Assembly (NCBI RefSeq): GCF_006345805.1
Contig: NC_043002.1
Location: 30,628,001-30,692,000 of the forward strand
Source: Octopus sinensis
Taxonomy: Eukaryota
Direction: 5' to 3'
Length of the DNA: 64,000 nucleotides
The notes under the pieces were generated by a model. The model saw only the letters and a list, made by a program, of their open reading frames with translations. It made no database searches and was not told the origin of the DNA. The position numbers were made by a program, and so were the translations under genes. Position 1 is the first letter of the stretch. Each line of letters starts with the position of its first letter. Shown one piece after another: positions 1 to 11,405 of the stretch.

Positions 1-453
1 CAGACCCTAAGACTTGTTGACGTATGTCCTCTTTAAAGAATAGAGGGGGAAACAAACCGGATGTAAACAATGGTGGTTATCTCCCTCTTCTGGTGGTCAT
101 CGGTTGGTCATCGGCTTCAAGCTACGTCGTCTTCTATCAGCTATGCCACCTGTCAGCTATGTGGGTACAAGTTAGGATTTTATCTCCCACTCTCATCAGC
201 AATTTCCAGCTGTGGTGTAAATATTATCGTTAATTTCACGGCTGGAAATTGATTGCTGATGAGAGTGAGTGATAAACCCCTACCTTCTATTATCACAGCG
301 GGCAGGTGGCGTAGTTGAAAGAGGACAACATAGTCGGAAGCCGATGACCAGACGATGGCCATCAGAGAAGAAGGTAACCCCCATTGTATAAATCCGGTTC
401 CTTTTCCCCTCCATTCTTTAAAGAGGCCATAGGCCAACAAGTTTTAAGGTCTG
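1..453. repeat. Large imperfect inverted repeat (fold-back), arms ~1-215 and ~235-453; may extend beyond the window start
   Basis: The reverse complement of 453->235 (cagaccttaaaacttgttggcctatggcctctttaaagaatggagggg...) aligns colinearly with 1->215 (cagaccctaagacttgttgacgtatgtcctctttaaagaatagagggg...). The ORF-track peptides 24..233(+) and 180..440(-) share WSSAS-YVV--QL-HL-A. Confidence 0.92.
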
Positions 454-661
454 ATGATACGCCATAAAGACAATCTTTATGGCGAGCAAATCAGGGAAAC
501 CCTATAAACAGGCCTTCATTAGTAATAAATATATATGTATATATACACGCATACATATACATATATATACGCAAGCATGTGTGTATATATATACCGGAGT
601 AAACACATAAATGTGAAGCAAGGTGGAAAAAAGTGTACTCAACTACCAGGGGTAGAGTAAT

Positions 662-803
662 ATGCTTTATTTAAAAGCAGCAGAAATTCAACAAATCCTG
701 TTATCGGAGTTCACGTTCCCGTTCGTCAACCAAAATGCCGACGAACGGGAACGTGAAACTCCGGTAACAGGTTTTGAATTTCTGCTGCTTTTAAATAAAG
801 TAT
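662..803. repeat. Palindromic element (~65-bp arms, ~12-nt spacer) whose arms each carry a hammerhead-like motif
   Basis: The left arm atgctttatttaaaagcagcagaaattcaa...cacgttcccgttcgtc is the reverse complement of the right arm gacgaacgggaacgtg...ttgaatttctgctgcttttaaataaagtat, with few mismatches. Confidence 0.92.
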
Positions 804-868
804 GTATAATATATATCTATATATATATATATATATATATATATAGATATATATATATATATCTATAC

Positions 869-1053
869 AAGCAATAAGGTTTAGCAACGAGTGCCTACCA
901 CATACCGAATTTAGAAATAGCAGTCAAAGGGTTATAGCTTTTCTTCTACTAAAAAGGGAGATCTCCTTTTTAGTAGAGAAATAGCTATAACCCTTTGACT
1001 ACTATTCTAAATTCGGTATGTGTAAGGCAACTCGTTGCTAACCCTTATTGCTT
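869..1053. repeat. Near-perfect ~185-bp palindrome centred on AGATCT (959-964)
   Basis: aagcaataagg-ttagcaacgagt...ctactaaaaagg-agatct-cctttttagtag...actcgttgctaa-ccttattgctt; the arms pair with only small indels. Confidence 0.93.
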
Positions 1054-1162
1054 AGTATTACTTAAATTTTCCTCGAATGAGGCTTTACATGCCGAAGACT
1101 ACTTGGTGTAATGATAATTTTTCCAAATTAATTAATTTCACCCTTCATATTACGGATAATCT

Positions 1163-1212
<50 letters not shown>

Positions 1213-1304
1213 TATATATATTAATATATATATATATATAATATATATATATGTGTGTATGTGTATATACCAGTATGTGTTATACGTGAGTATAAATATA
1301 AAAA

Positions 1305-1470
1305 TGCTCGAAATGAGGACAAGATAGACAGCAACAACTGCTGAAGGGTCGTTCTTTGTGTTACTTGTCCTGTTTTTCATTTTTTCCTCTCGTTGTTTGC
1401 GTTTTTAACTCTCTCGTTTTCGTACTTCCTGTTGTTTACAGTCGGTGATGTCCTGTGCCCATATATGCAT
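1305..1470 (-). repeat. Dispersed repeat, inverted homologue of 40420-40580
   Basis: The shared core aaaacaggacaagtaacacaaagaacgacccttNNNcagttgtNgctgtctatct is on the minus strand here and on the plus strand at ~40510-40565. Confidence 0.85.
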
Positions 1471-2173
1471 ATATTTATATATATGCACACACACATACTG
1501 TTAAAATGCGAATAGAAGAATGTGATAAAAAGTCACCAAGTAGTGTTTAAACTCCAATTACTGCATGCGTATGAGGTAGTTCACAAGTAGTAAAATTGAC
1601 TACTACACAAATGATCCAAATTGCGTGTATATCGAAGAATGACAGACGGACGATAACAGGCGTATGGTATGTATTCATATTAACTTTAAGCGCACTTTAC
1701 ATGATCGAAGCTGGTCTTTTCTTTACAGCTGTTTCAAATGATACATGGATATTTGATAAAAACAATGTATATTATGCAAGCTGGTACCGTTCTGAGGCAT
1801 TATTACTATTAATCCTAAAAACGAAGACATGAAATTTAATGGTTGACCATTACCGTGCGACCTGTTCACGTCATTTCCTTCAGAAGATGAAAGACGAGTG
1901 CATCATACAGAGATACTCAACTATTATTGAATTGATGGATCTGATGCTGATTAAAAAGCTCAACCTAACCGTCCACGGCTTACCGCAAACACAAGGCTAT
2001 GAATGTAGTATGTAGTTCTATTTAAAATGAACACATATTAGATCTCTGTATGAAAGATGTCATCGCACATGTGCTGTTACATTTACATCTGACGCTATAA
2101 TATACACTCAGCCCACGAACCTTTTTCCATCACCTAATAGAATTTGGAATTAATATCCCGACGCCCTAAAAAA

Positions 2174-2400
2174 CGCGTGGCTCAGTGGTTAAGCAATTGG
2201 AAACATTATCGTAAGATTGTAGCTTTGATTCCTTGACCGCGTTGTATTCTTGAACAAAACACTTCATTTCATGTTGCTGCTGTCCACTCGGCTGATAAAT
2301 ATGCGTAATCCTGCAACGGACCTGCGTCTCATCCACGTTGAGAATATATACATCGCGGAAACCGGTAAACCGGCCCCTATCATTCTATATGACTCAGAAG
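2174..2400 (+). mobile_element. Degenerate tRNA-derived SINE (family C)
   Basis: A-box-like tggctcagtggtt, then ttgaacaaaacacttcatttcatgttgct. The tail ggaaaccggtaaaccggccc matches the reverse complement of 59780-59803. Confidence 0.7.
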
Positions 2401-3167
2401 TAAAGCTCACAAAATCGGCTGAATTATCGCTAAAATTCTGTATATAGTGTCATTATAAGACTTAAATACATTGGAGAGAGGGTCCTGACATTGAGTAACC
2501 TGAACATAATGCTTCGTTATATATGTGGTGATGTATATAGGGGCCTTATTTAACTACTGTCCGAGGGTTTCTAAAATGGTTAAAATATTTCTGTCTGTTT
2601 GTACTGTATCATTGCTTGTCCAGCACACACTTCTATCTGCTTGTCATTTATCTGTCAACCAAACGTATGCTGTGGTTAATAAATTCATACGAGATGTGAT
2701 CTGTTCTCAGTATTTGGCTTATTCAATCCGGCAACGCTACTAGATGTCACAGGATACTTCAGAATAACACTGAAATACATCAAAGCATATTTCTAACAGA
2801 GTATTGTGAATACTTTCTTTTCTTTGTTGGGAATAACTCACACATTTACACACACACACTCTAACACACGCACTCAGACACACACACTCAGACACACACA
2901 CACACACACAAAAAACACACACACACACCACACACACACACATACACACACACACACACACATACACACAGAAATACATATAAACGGAAATATTTGTTAT
3001 GTGAGTTGAGTTTTGCGCAACGCGATTGTCCATCGTAAATGATTGCATATCGCGTAATTCCAAACCGCAAGAAAAATAATTTATTTTCAATAAACAATTT
3101 GAACTGAAATATACATTGGGTAGTTTGATAGACGAATGTATGTGCAGGCAGGTGTGTTTCCATGTGT

Positions 3168-3222
<55 letters not shown>

Positions 3223-3541
3223 TGTGTGTGTATGAGACTGTGTGCGTGAGTCTCTGTATGTGTGAGCCAGTGTATGGTGTGTGTGTGTGTGTGAAGCTGA
3301 ATAACACTGCAAGGTCTTCTACATACAGTTCTACTTGTTAATAACTATTCATGAATTATGAATTAAATTAACACACGTTCACCAAACTGACAACGTCGAG
3401 TGAGAAATATCAAATTGACATTATGTAAGTGTCGTTCATTCCCTTGCAAAGCTGGGAGAACGTTTTTGTATTGACAGTTTCCCCCCTTCTTCTATTCCCT
3501 CTAAGCCTCAACTCACTCTGACAGCACCTAACTCTCTTTCT

Positions 3542-3582
<41 letters not shown>

Positions 3583-3959
3583 CAATCTCTTCCTCTTACT
3601 TTGTAGTTCTCTCTTTCACTTGTACACACTTGCTTTGATTGTCTAATAGAGGAGTGTTGTGTGCCGATGGTCTTTTCTTAGTGCTCGCTTAGATTCTTAT
3701 AATTATCTCTAGGTTATAAAGAAAGCTGCGACAAGAGAAACAATGATATAAACAAAGATAGAGCGAAGTGGATGTGGTGAATATATTTGCGAATAAAATC
3801 TCACAGACTCGTTGCTATAAAGCCATTTCTGGCAATCGTAGAGACATATAGACATATTATTCAGAAGATTATGGTATGACTAAATCGCACCAAAATGTCT
3901 TTTTTGGAAATGAGGAAGAATCAGTGACAAACATATAGAGGTCGTCTGAATTTGAAAGC

Positions 3960-4200
3960 AATCAGAATCTACAGAAAAATAGAAAATCCGTCACAAAATC
4001 ATATACTAAACATATCAATACTAACTTGAGGACTATCATCATGAGAAAAGCCAACTCTTTCAAACACATCTATAATCACAAATTAAAAACAAACATATCA
4101 CGACACCAGAAACAAATACTTGAGCAACCGCATGACTAACTGTCACACACCTATGCAGGTAATTTTTTTTATCAACTGCACTGATATAAAGAATAGCAAC
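3960..4200 (+). pseudogene. Possible Penelope-like element GIY-YIG endonuclease remnant
   Basis: One frame reads ...ANSFKHIYNHKLKTNISRH...SHTYAGN..YQLH*YKE. This resembles the PLE endonuclease pattern (FK-R--NH...T-LS-H and Y--G---C-LC--EK). It is heavily decayed, with an HHR ~220 bp downstream. Confidence 0.35.
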
Positions 4201-4419
4201 ATTGAATTGATTGAGGAGATAATTAAAGACACAATCATTCTAACAAGTGGGATAGTTAGTGCTAACACCCAAATATAGAATGCTGATACCACCGATACGA
4301 ATACGTATCTGGACTTCAGCAGAAATTCTTCCAGGACATCGGGATGAGGGCTTAGTAAACCGTACATTATTTACATCATTCACAATTGACGGATATTTGC
4401 CCACATCTTGTTTGTTCTT

Positions 4420-4465
4420 AACACGACGTTTCGGCTAATATACCCTCCAGCCTTCATCAGATGTC
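4420..4465 (-). ncRNA. Minimal type I hammerhead ribozyme (Penelope-type, palindromic stem III)
   Basis: Minus strand reads GACAU-CUGAUGA-A-GGCUG GAGGGUAUAU UAGCC-GAA-ACGU-C-GUGUU. The core is intact, stem II is GGCU(G)/(U)AGCC, stem III is the self-complementary ACGU with a GUC cleavage triplet, and stem I is GACAU/GUGUU with two G-U pairs. Confidence 0.75.
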
Positions 4466-4579
4466 TTGGAGAAGTTTCGAACCTAGGTTCTCATTCCTAA
4501 GGTATTTTTCGATGTTGTCATTATTATTATCATTATTATTATTATTCGCAGACAGGGACCCAGTTACTAAACGTTAAAA

Positions 4580-6090
4580 GCACCCTTACCGGTACATAAA
4601 GACTACAGAGACCATATCAATGAACTAGTTAAGCGACAGTTGTAGAAAGAATCGTCGCTAACAGGTATTGGGTCGCCCCGAAGAAGGCGATTAAAGTAGA
4701 ATTGATAGCAATGAGTTACTAATAGAAAGAAATAGATTAAAAGGAGAACTATTTAGCAAGCTCGGAGAGGCCATTAGTAAAGGCATCGCGACAGACGTGC
4801 TAGCGGCAAGAATGGCTCTTCACCATTTCTTCGAGGTAAAACATGAAGGCTGCGTCGTCAGACCTAACGCCCTGCTCTCAAATATGAGGCAACTAAAACC
4901 AGCCAATGGGCCCGAACCAGAGAAGAAGAAGAAGAAGAAGAAGAAGAAGAAGAAGAAGAAGAAGAAGAAGAAGAAGAAGAAGAAGAAGAAGAAGAAGAAG
5001 AAGAAGAAGAAGAAGAAGAAGAAGAAGAAGAAGAAGAAGAAGAAGAAGAAGAAGAAGAAGAAAACAATTACGATCACTCTTTGATAGGCTGGAACGGACG
5101 CAGGCTATTCGGTCCCGAGCAGATATGTGCGTCTTTTCTTGAAAGGGTGGGCAGTGGTGGCAAATGACTAGAATACCTCTGATATTATTTATCGCCTGAC
5201 TGTAATGCTTTGCCTTAGCCGCCACCTGATCAAGTTGGAGCTTCTGTTATTAAATTTCTTGCGGAAGGGACGTGGTCCAATTGTCAGGTGATCAGTCCGC
5301 TGCCCACGCCCTGTGCGTGCTAGCTTAGGCATGACTTGACTGCTGATGCACAGACATGAGGTTTTGCCACATGCAACAGTTCCTAGACGGTGAACGTGTA
5401 TGAGCACCGTTCGTGAGATACGACTTTCCGCTGATAGTCTTCTTGAGGAAGCTGCAGTTATGTGTGAAGGAAAGTCTGAGACTACGCGCTAGCATGTACA
5501 ATCTAATCACGCGCTCACTGACCTCTGACACTCAAACAATAGGATCGGTGGCTCTCCCACTTTAGCAATCTGTAAAGGATTGGTTGAGGGGAAGTGTGAC
5601 GATGTTTTGGGGAAGAATGTGAACGCCGTCAAAAGTAAACTGGCTGGTCTACTCCGGAGGAAACTCCTCTCAGTGATTACCACGGTTTATTTTATGAAGA
5701 ATCGACATTGCAGTGCTACAGGTATTGTATGCTGTCGGGCAGGCTTGTCTGAGATACGAGCAGAAAAATGAAAACTGCTCGGCACACACTCGGTCAGTAG
5801 CTGATATGTGGAGTTATGTCGAACAGCTGCTGTCACGTGTAGGACGGGTCTGTCAATATGCCGAGTCGATAGTGGTGGCTTCCACGTCACACCTCTTTAA
5901 TCGGTCAGGTAAGGCAACTTCCATTTGTTTGGTGGCTATGGTAAAAGCCATTGTCTGATGGAAGAGACTGAAAAGTATGGGGACAGTGAAATTCTTCTTT
6001 CCTATAACCCTCATTGACTTTTCAATGACTTGAAAAGGAAAGTGAGGGAAGAAAGAGAGGTATTGTCCCGAACCAAATTACTGAAAGGTA
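4580..6090 (+). mobile_element. L1/Tx1-clade non-LTR retrotransposon ORF2 remnant with the RT core deleted
   Basis: Translates to the EN-RT linker (LLIERNRLKGELFSKLGEAI...HEGCVVR; SLIGWNGRRLFGPEQICASF), the post-RT region (IIYRLTV...LLNFLRKGRGPIVR...RPVRASLGM) and a degenerate CCHC/C-terminus (ACLRYEQKNE...H..RSVADMWSYVEQLL...CLVAMVKAIV). Many stops and frameshifts. Confidence 0.8.
4920..5061. repeat. (GAA)n microsatellite, ~47 perfect units, inside the Tx1 remnant
   Basis: Uninterrupted GAA run; source of the poly-K/R/E/F/S/L ORFs. Confidence 0.98.
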
Positions 6091-7304
6091 AGTGAATGTG
6101 ATGCAATCCGATACACTGACGGACAATAAAATAAATTATCATCATCTGTAGTCATCGTCGTCGTCATAGTAGTAGTAGTAGTAGTATAGTAGTAGTAGTA
6201 GGTAGTAGTAGTAGTATAATCTTCGATCTTTACGTTATTAATTTTTCTCAGACATATACTGGTTTTCTTTTCAGAATATTCATTTATTGAGAAATATATG
6301 GCCGAAAGCCATGCATTACGATTTAAATATTCTAAAGTACGCATAAAGTAAAACACATGCAGAGAAATATAGCATAAAATTTGGGAAAAAAGTGATAAAA
6401 ACATACAATCACAGAAGAGACAAAAGAAACAGTAAGATGATACGTGTTGATTTTATTAGGTATTTCTGTTTATTTAGAAGCCTGCAATCAAATTAGGTAT
6501 TTCTGTTTATTTAGAAACCTACAATGAAGAGGTCAGGCGCTAAACTATAAATTTTACAGGATACAGTCATAAAGTTGACACCGCCTTAAAGTTGCCTCGC
6601 TATTGGATAAAAATACCCATTTTCTTCGATTTTTAAACCTCTATAACTTTTTTGTCAAATTCTTTTCTTTACAAGATCATACCTTCAAAGCAATGAGACT
6701 GAAAGGTTATATTATTATAGCCGATTTTCAGATTTTTAACTTCCTTTTAAAAAATGCCTATTTCGCGAAAGAAAAAAAAATAAATCCACACACACACACA
6801 CACACATATATATATAATTGCCAACCAAGTGTGGCATCCTACGCGGGACAGTGCTACTGACGTTTATAGCCCCAGGTAGACATCTCTTCCAGCTGGCTAA
6901 GGACACACATTCTGTGTCTGATTAGTATTTGCGAGGGGAGGCCATCGCCCTCCCCATCTCTAACCTTACGTGATACACACGGACTCGAGTGTTTGGGTGG
7001 TTACCCGTCCTTAGCGTGTGTTAATCATTAGCTAACATTTTAAATGCCTAACGTTTTAAGTTTTTTCGAAAAGCCTACACAACGTGAGTTACAAACAAAA
7101 TGAGTTAATCGTCTTATATTTTGATATCTCAGCGTTAAAAACTTTTCTTCATAACATCTTCAAAGAATTGGTGTTTTGAGCTCCCTTTTCTTCTCTATAG
7201 CGTGTCCATGTGAGTATTTACCAAGGCAGGACGAGCATCTCAGGCCATCTAGAATATTTGATTAGAGTAAGGTAAATCAAAAAATGAGAAGTAGAAGTAA
7301 GTAA

Positions 7305-7378
7305 TGTCTTACAGCTGTTTCTGGGCTAGCCCATGTAATGGGTTAATGCCCCGTACACTGGGTATTCCATCAGAGACA
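7305..7378 (-). ncRNA. Hammerhead ribozyme-like motif with branched stem II and palindromic stem III; core variant CUGAUGG
   Basis: Minus strand reads UGUCU-CUGAUGG...CCA-GAA-ACAGCUGU-A-AGACA. Stem I UGUCU/AGACA is perfect, stem III is the palindrome ACAGCUGU, and the cleavage triplet is GUA. Position A9 of the core is not canonical. Confidence 0.6.
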
Positions 7379-7623
7379 AGGTGTGTATACAGGAAAGTTC
7401 CAGACAGAGAATTCACAATAGATAGAAGAATAAACAGTAGAAAAGAGAATAACGATAAAATGATAAATTTGACAGTTCATCTTGTTCCGCAGCGTATGGA
7501 GGTTTGTCCCTATTTCCGTGAAGGTATATCTCCTTAAGTGTAATCCCAGGCAAATCCAAGCAGTAGTTTGAGTAATGCATTCAAATTGAAGGAACAGATC
7601 TAGCAGCTAGCGCTGGTGTAGAC

Positions 7624-8151
7624 CAGGGGTCACGAAACCTTTTTTGACGACGGGTCAGGTAACTAAGGGAACGACAAGCGCTGGCCGCATAACCATTTTG
7701 TTCAATACAATACAGTGAATGCACAAAAAATAAAGACAGCCAACATATTTACCAAAACGTTTTTAAAGAAGGCGACGTTAGCAATAAAATAGTTATATCA
7801 CACCCAGTGCGCACATATCCGAATCACACAAACTAAGCAGCAAAAAAGCTTAGTGAGATTTGTGAAAATGGTGTTTAGCTTTTAAGATATCAAATATTTA
7901 CTTTGGAATTGCTGCATCCAACTGAGTGAATTGCTTTCAAATGTTTATCAGTCAACCTCGTTCGATGTGCTGACTTCACATACTTCATTTTTGAAAATAC
8001 TTACTCACAGACATAAGTTGTTCTAAAAAGATGCCATACCAGAGGCAAATGCATTCTCATTGCTGGTACTTACACAAAAGGTACAGTGCGGTGGCAGGCC
8101 AGATAAACTGACTCCACGGGATGGATTCGACCCGCAGTTTGGTGACCCCTG
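7624..8151 (-). mobile_element. Internally deleted hAT (Charlie/SPIN-like) DNA transposon
   Basis: 15-bp TIRs caggggtcacgaaac / gtttggtgacccctg and an 8-bp TSD gtgtagac / gtgtagat. Minus strand ~7850-8030 encodes a hAT dimerisation-domain remnant (TTYVCE*VFSKMKYVKSAHRTRLTDKHLK...HFHKSH*). Confidence 0.9.
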
Positions 8152-9339
8152 GTGTAGATAGTATAAGAAAAGTGAGTAGCACCTGAGCACTGTATACGAT
8201 AATTTCATTATTATTATTATTATAATTTGGGAGAGGCAGTTAGATAGACCAAAGCGTCATAATAGATAGGTAAATCAAGGCGAAGGGGGAGGGGTGACTG
8301 AGTTAAGAGAAGAGGAAAAAGAAAGAGATAATAATAGAAGTAAAGATAAAGATAACAATATAAAGAGGGTAGGGAGGGATAAATAATGGAAATAAAAAGA
8401 ATGAGAACGGAAATAAAAACAAAAATAGAAGGTGAAAGACTAGTATTATTGTTCACTAGAGTAGGTTCCGGGTGAGAAGTCAGTGTTTAAGGTTTTGGTA
8501 AAGTGGAGGAGGAAGGCAGACGGCATGTTATGGCTATCATAGGGTAATGAAATAGATAGATGAATTCTTGTCTCATAGTGGTCGGAAAGAATATTTAACT
8601 TTAGTTCAGTGTTCTTAAAGAGGGCTAAAATGCTAGAAATAGATGCCTAACTTTGCGCGAAGGAATATACATTTTTACTCGTTTCAGTCATGCGGCTGCA
8701 GTAAAGTTGAAATTAAAACTTCATAATTTAAAAGATTAGTGTAACCAGTGTACATCAAGGATACATATGCTGAGGGAATAGTTATTAATGAATAAAGGAA
8801 ATACGTACGTATAATATTACGACTATGAATGCAGAGTGCCCGGTGTAGTAGATATTATATTTGTTAAAAGTACGATAGAACTTACGTTTTAAGGAAGAAA
8901 ATGCATCATGTTCTTTATTAGGTAATTGTGGTGAAACATGAATTAATATTTGGAGGACTTCCTCAAGGCAGAGTCCACATGCAGAGCGCTGGCCTTGGTA
9001 TGGGGCACTAGAATATATCATGGCCAGGTTATCCTACATGGTACTTTCTTATTTATCAGGAGGTATATGTGGTTGGCTAAGGATTTCAGATGTGCAGAAT
9101 ATCTCTGCTTAAAATCACTCTAGACCCAATCTAATGTCTAGCAGTGTGTTGTTGACAGCGCACTTATACACAACGTTAAATCTTCTGCAATGGGCTTGTA
9201 GGGGGGATTTAGGCCCCAGATCGGCAGTTGCAACTGGATCTATCTGGCCTACATGGGTTAGATGTAGGAAAAAATAATGCTGTGTGAGTGTGTGTGTGTA
9301 TGTATGTATGTATGTATGTTTGTATGTATGTATGTATGT

Positions 9340-9450
<111 letters not shown>

Positions 9451-10701
9451 TGGGGTAATCATGTATGTATGTATTTGCATTCCAACCGATGTAACACTAC
9501 ACACGGCTGTTACTGGATAATATTCAACTGTATTATAATTAGAAAGAATATCCTTCTTTAATGGTATTTGAATACCATTATAATAGCATAAAGCTTGCGA
9601 ACGGTACAGAAACAAATGTTATGATCTGCTATTAAAACCTTTTATTATCCAACTTCGTGTTATATTATTTTCGTATTAAGCATCCAGAAAAAGGAGTTCC
9701 GCATGTGTATCCAGCCCCGGAATACACCCTACAGTAAGATACCATAATCAAATAACGACATAGGTACTCTTAGATGCACGTTATGTAGTTTTCAGCCGAA
9801 TTATACTACATGTAGACAGACTGACAAACAGCCCCCCACCCACCCCCGAACACACATATCAACAGGTTTGTGTAAATTAGTATATTCCAACGGAATCACA
9901 CATATTCACGAATACGACCAAGGCAGATTTATATAGAGATAATTATGCATATATACATATTTTTTACGTGTGCTACGTGTTTGTGATTGGAAGGATGTGT
10001 ATGTATGTATACATAATTATAACAACATATATGCACATGCACACACCATCCAGACATGCGCAAGCAGACGGGAGCACACGAACACACATACATCATCACC
10101 TTAATATAACATTTCTATGCTTTCAAGGGATCCGACGAGATTCGATGAGGTAGAATTAGAGAAACGGCGCTTGGTCTTACTGCCAACCATCATTTCTTTC
10201 AAAGCAAGATGATATTTTCTTTCAGTCCATGCATACTTGTACCGAAAAGAGGAAAAAAAAAATGATTGCAATTAAAGCAGAATTTCAAGACAAGGTCATA
10301 CAAGCGCATAAGCACGAACACACAGAGACAGACACGAACGCATGACACAAATACAGAAAGAGAGATACACATACAAACGCGCGCAGGCGCGAAATATATT
10401 GGTCCAAAGATAAGAATAGGATATTTTATACAGAAACATCAGTAATGCAAAAAACTCAAGGATAATGAATGTCGCACATTGTCACACTAATTAGCCTAAG
10501 CAAATTATTATACAAATACATAAAGAAATACGTAACGCCCCATATGTGTGTGTGTGAGAGAGTGTAGATGTATATATATATATATACATATATATATACA
10601 TATATGTACATACATATACATAGAGAGATAGATATATAAGTTTATGTATGTATATATATACATATATATATATATGTGTCTGTATATATATATTTACATA
10701 T

Positions 10702-11195
10702 AGGTGCAGGAATGGCTTTGTGGTAAGTAGCTTGCTTACCAACCACATGTTTCGGGTTCAGTCTCACGGCGTGACACTTTGGCCAAGTGTCTTCTACTAT
10801 AGCCCTGGGCGACCAAAGCCTTGTGAGTAGATTTGGTAGACAGAAACTGAAAGACGCCCGTCGTATATATGTATATATATATATGTATATGTCAAGTTAT
10901 ATATATATATATAGATAATATATATATATATATTTTTGTATATGTATATATATATATATATGTGTGTGTGGTGTGTGTTTTGTGTGTGTATGTATATATT
11001 TGTGTGTCTGAGTTTATCCACCCAACATCGCTTGACAACCGATGGTAGTGTTTTTACGTTCTGTAACTTAGCGGTTCGACCTAAGATACGATAGAATAAT
11101 TACTAGGCTTACAAAGAATAAGCCCTGGGGTCGATTTGCTCGACTAAGGCGGTGGTCTAGCATGGCTGCAGTCAAATGACTGAAATAAGTAAAGG
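10702..11195 (+). mobile_element. tRNA-derived SINE (family A), full length with internal (AT)/(GT) microsatellite
   Basis: Head tggctttgtggtaag...gggttcagtc, body gaccaaagccttgtgagtagatttggtagac, tail ggggtcgatttgctcgact...cagtcaaatgactgaaataagtaa. Homologous copies occur elsewhere in the window. Confidence 0.88.
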
Positions 11196-11298
11196 AGTAT
11201 ATGCTTATGTATGTGTGTGTGTATATATATAATATATATATATATATATTATATATCTATATATATATATGAAAATATATAATATACATATACATATA

Positions 11299-11340
<42 letters not shown>

Positions 11341-11352
11341 GCATATATGTAC

Positions 11353-11405
<53 letters not shown>

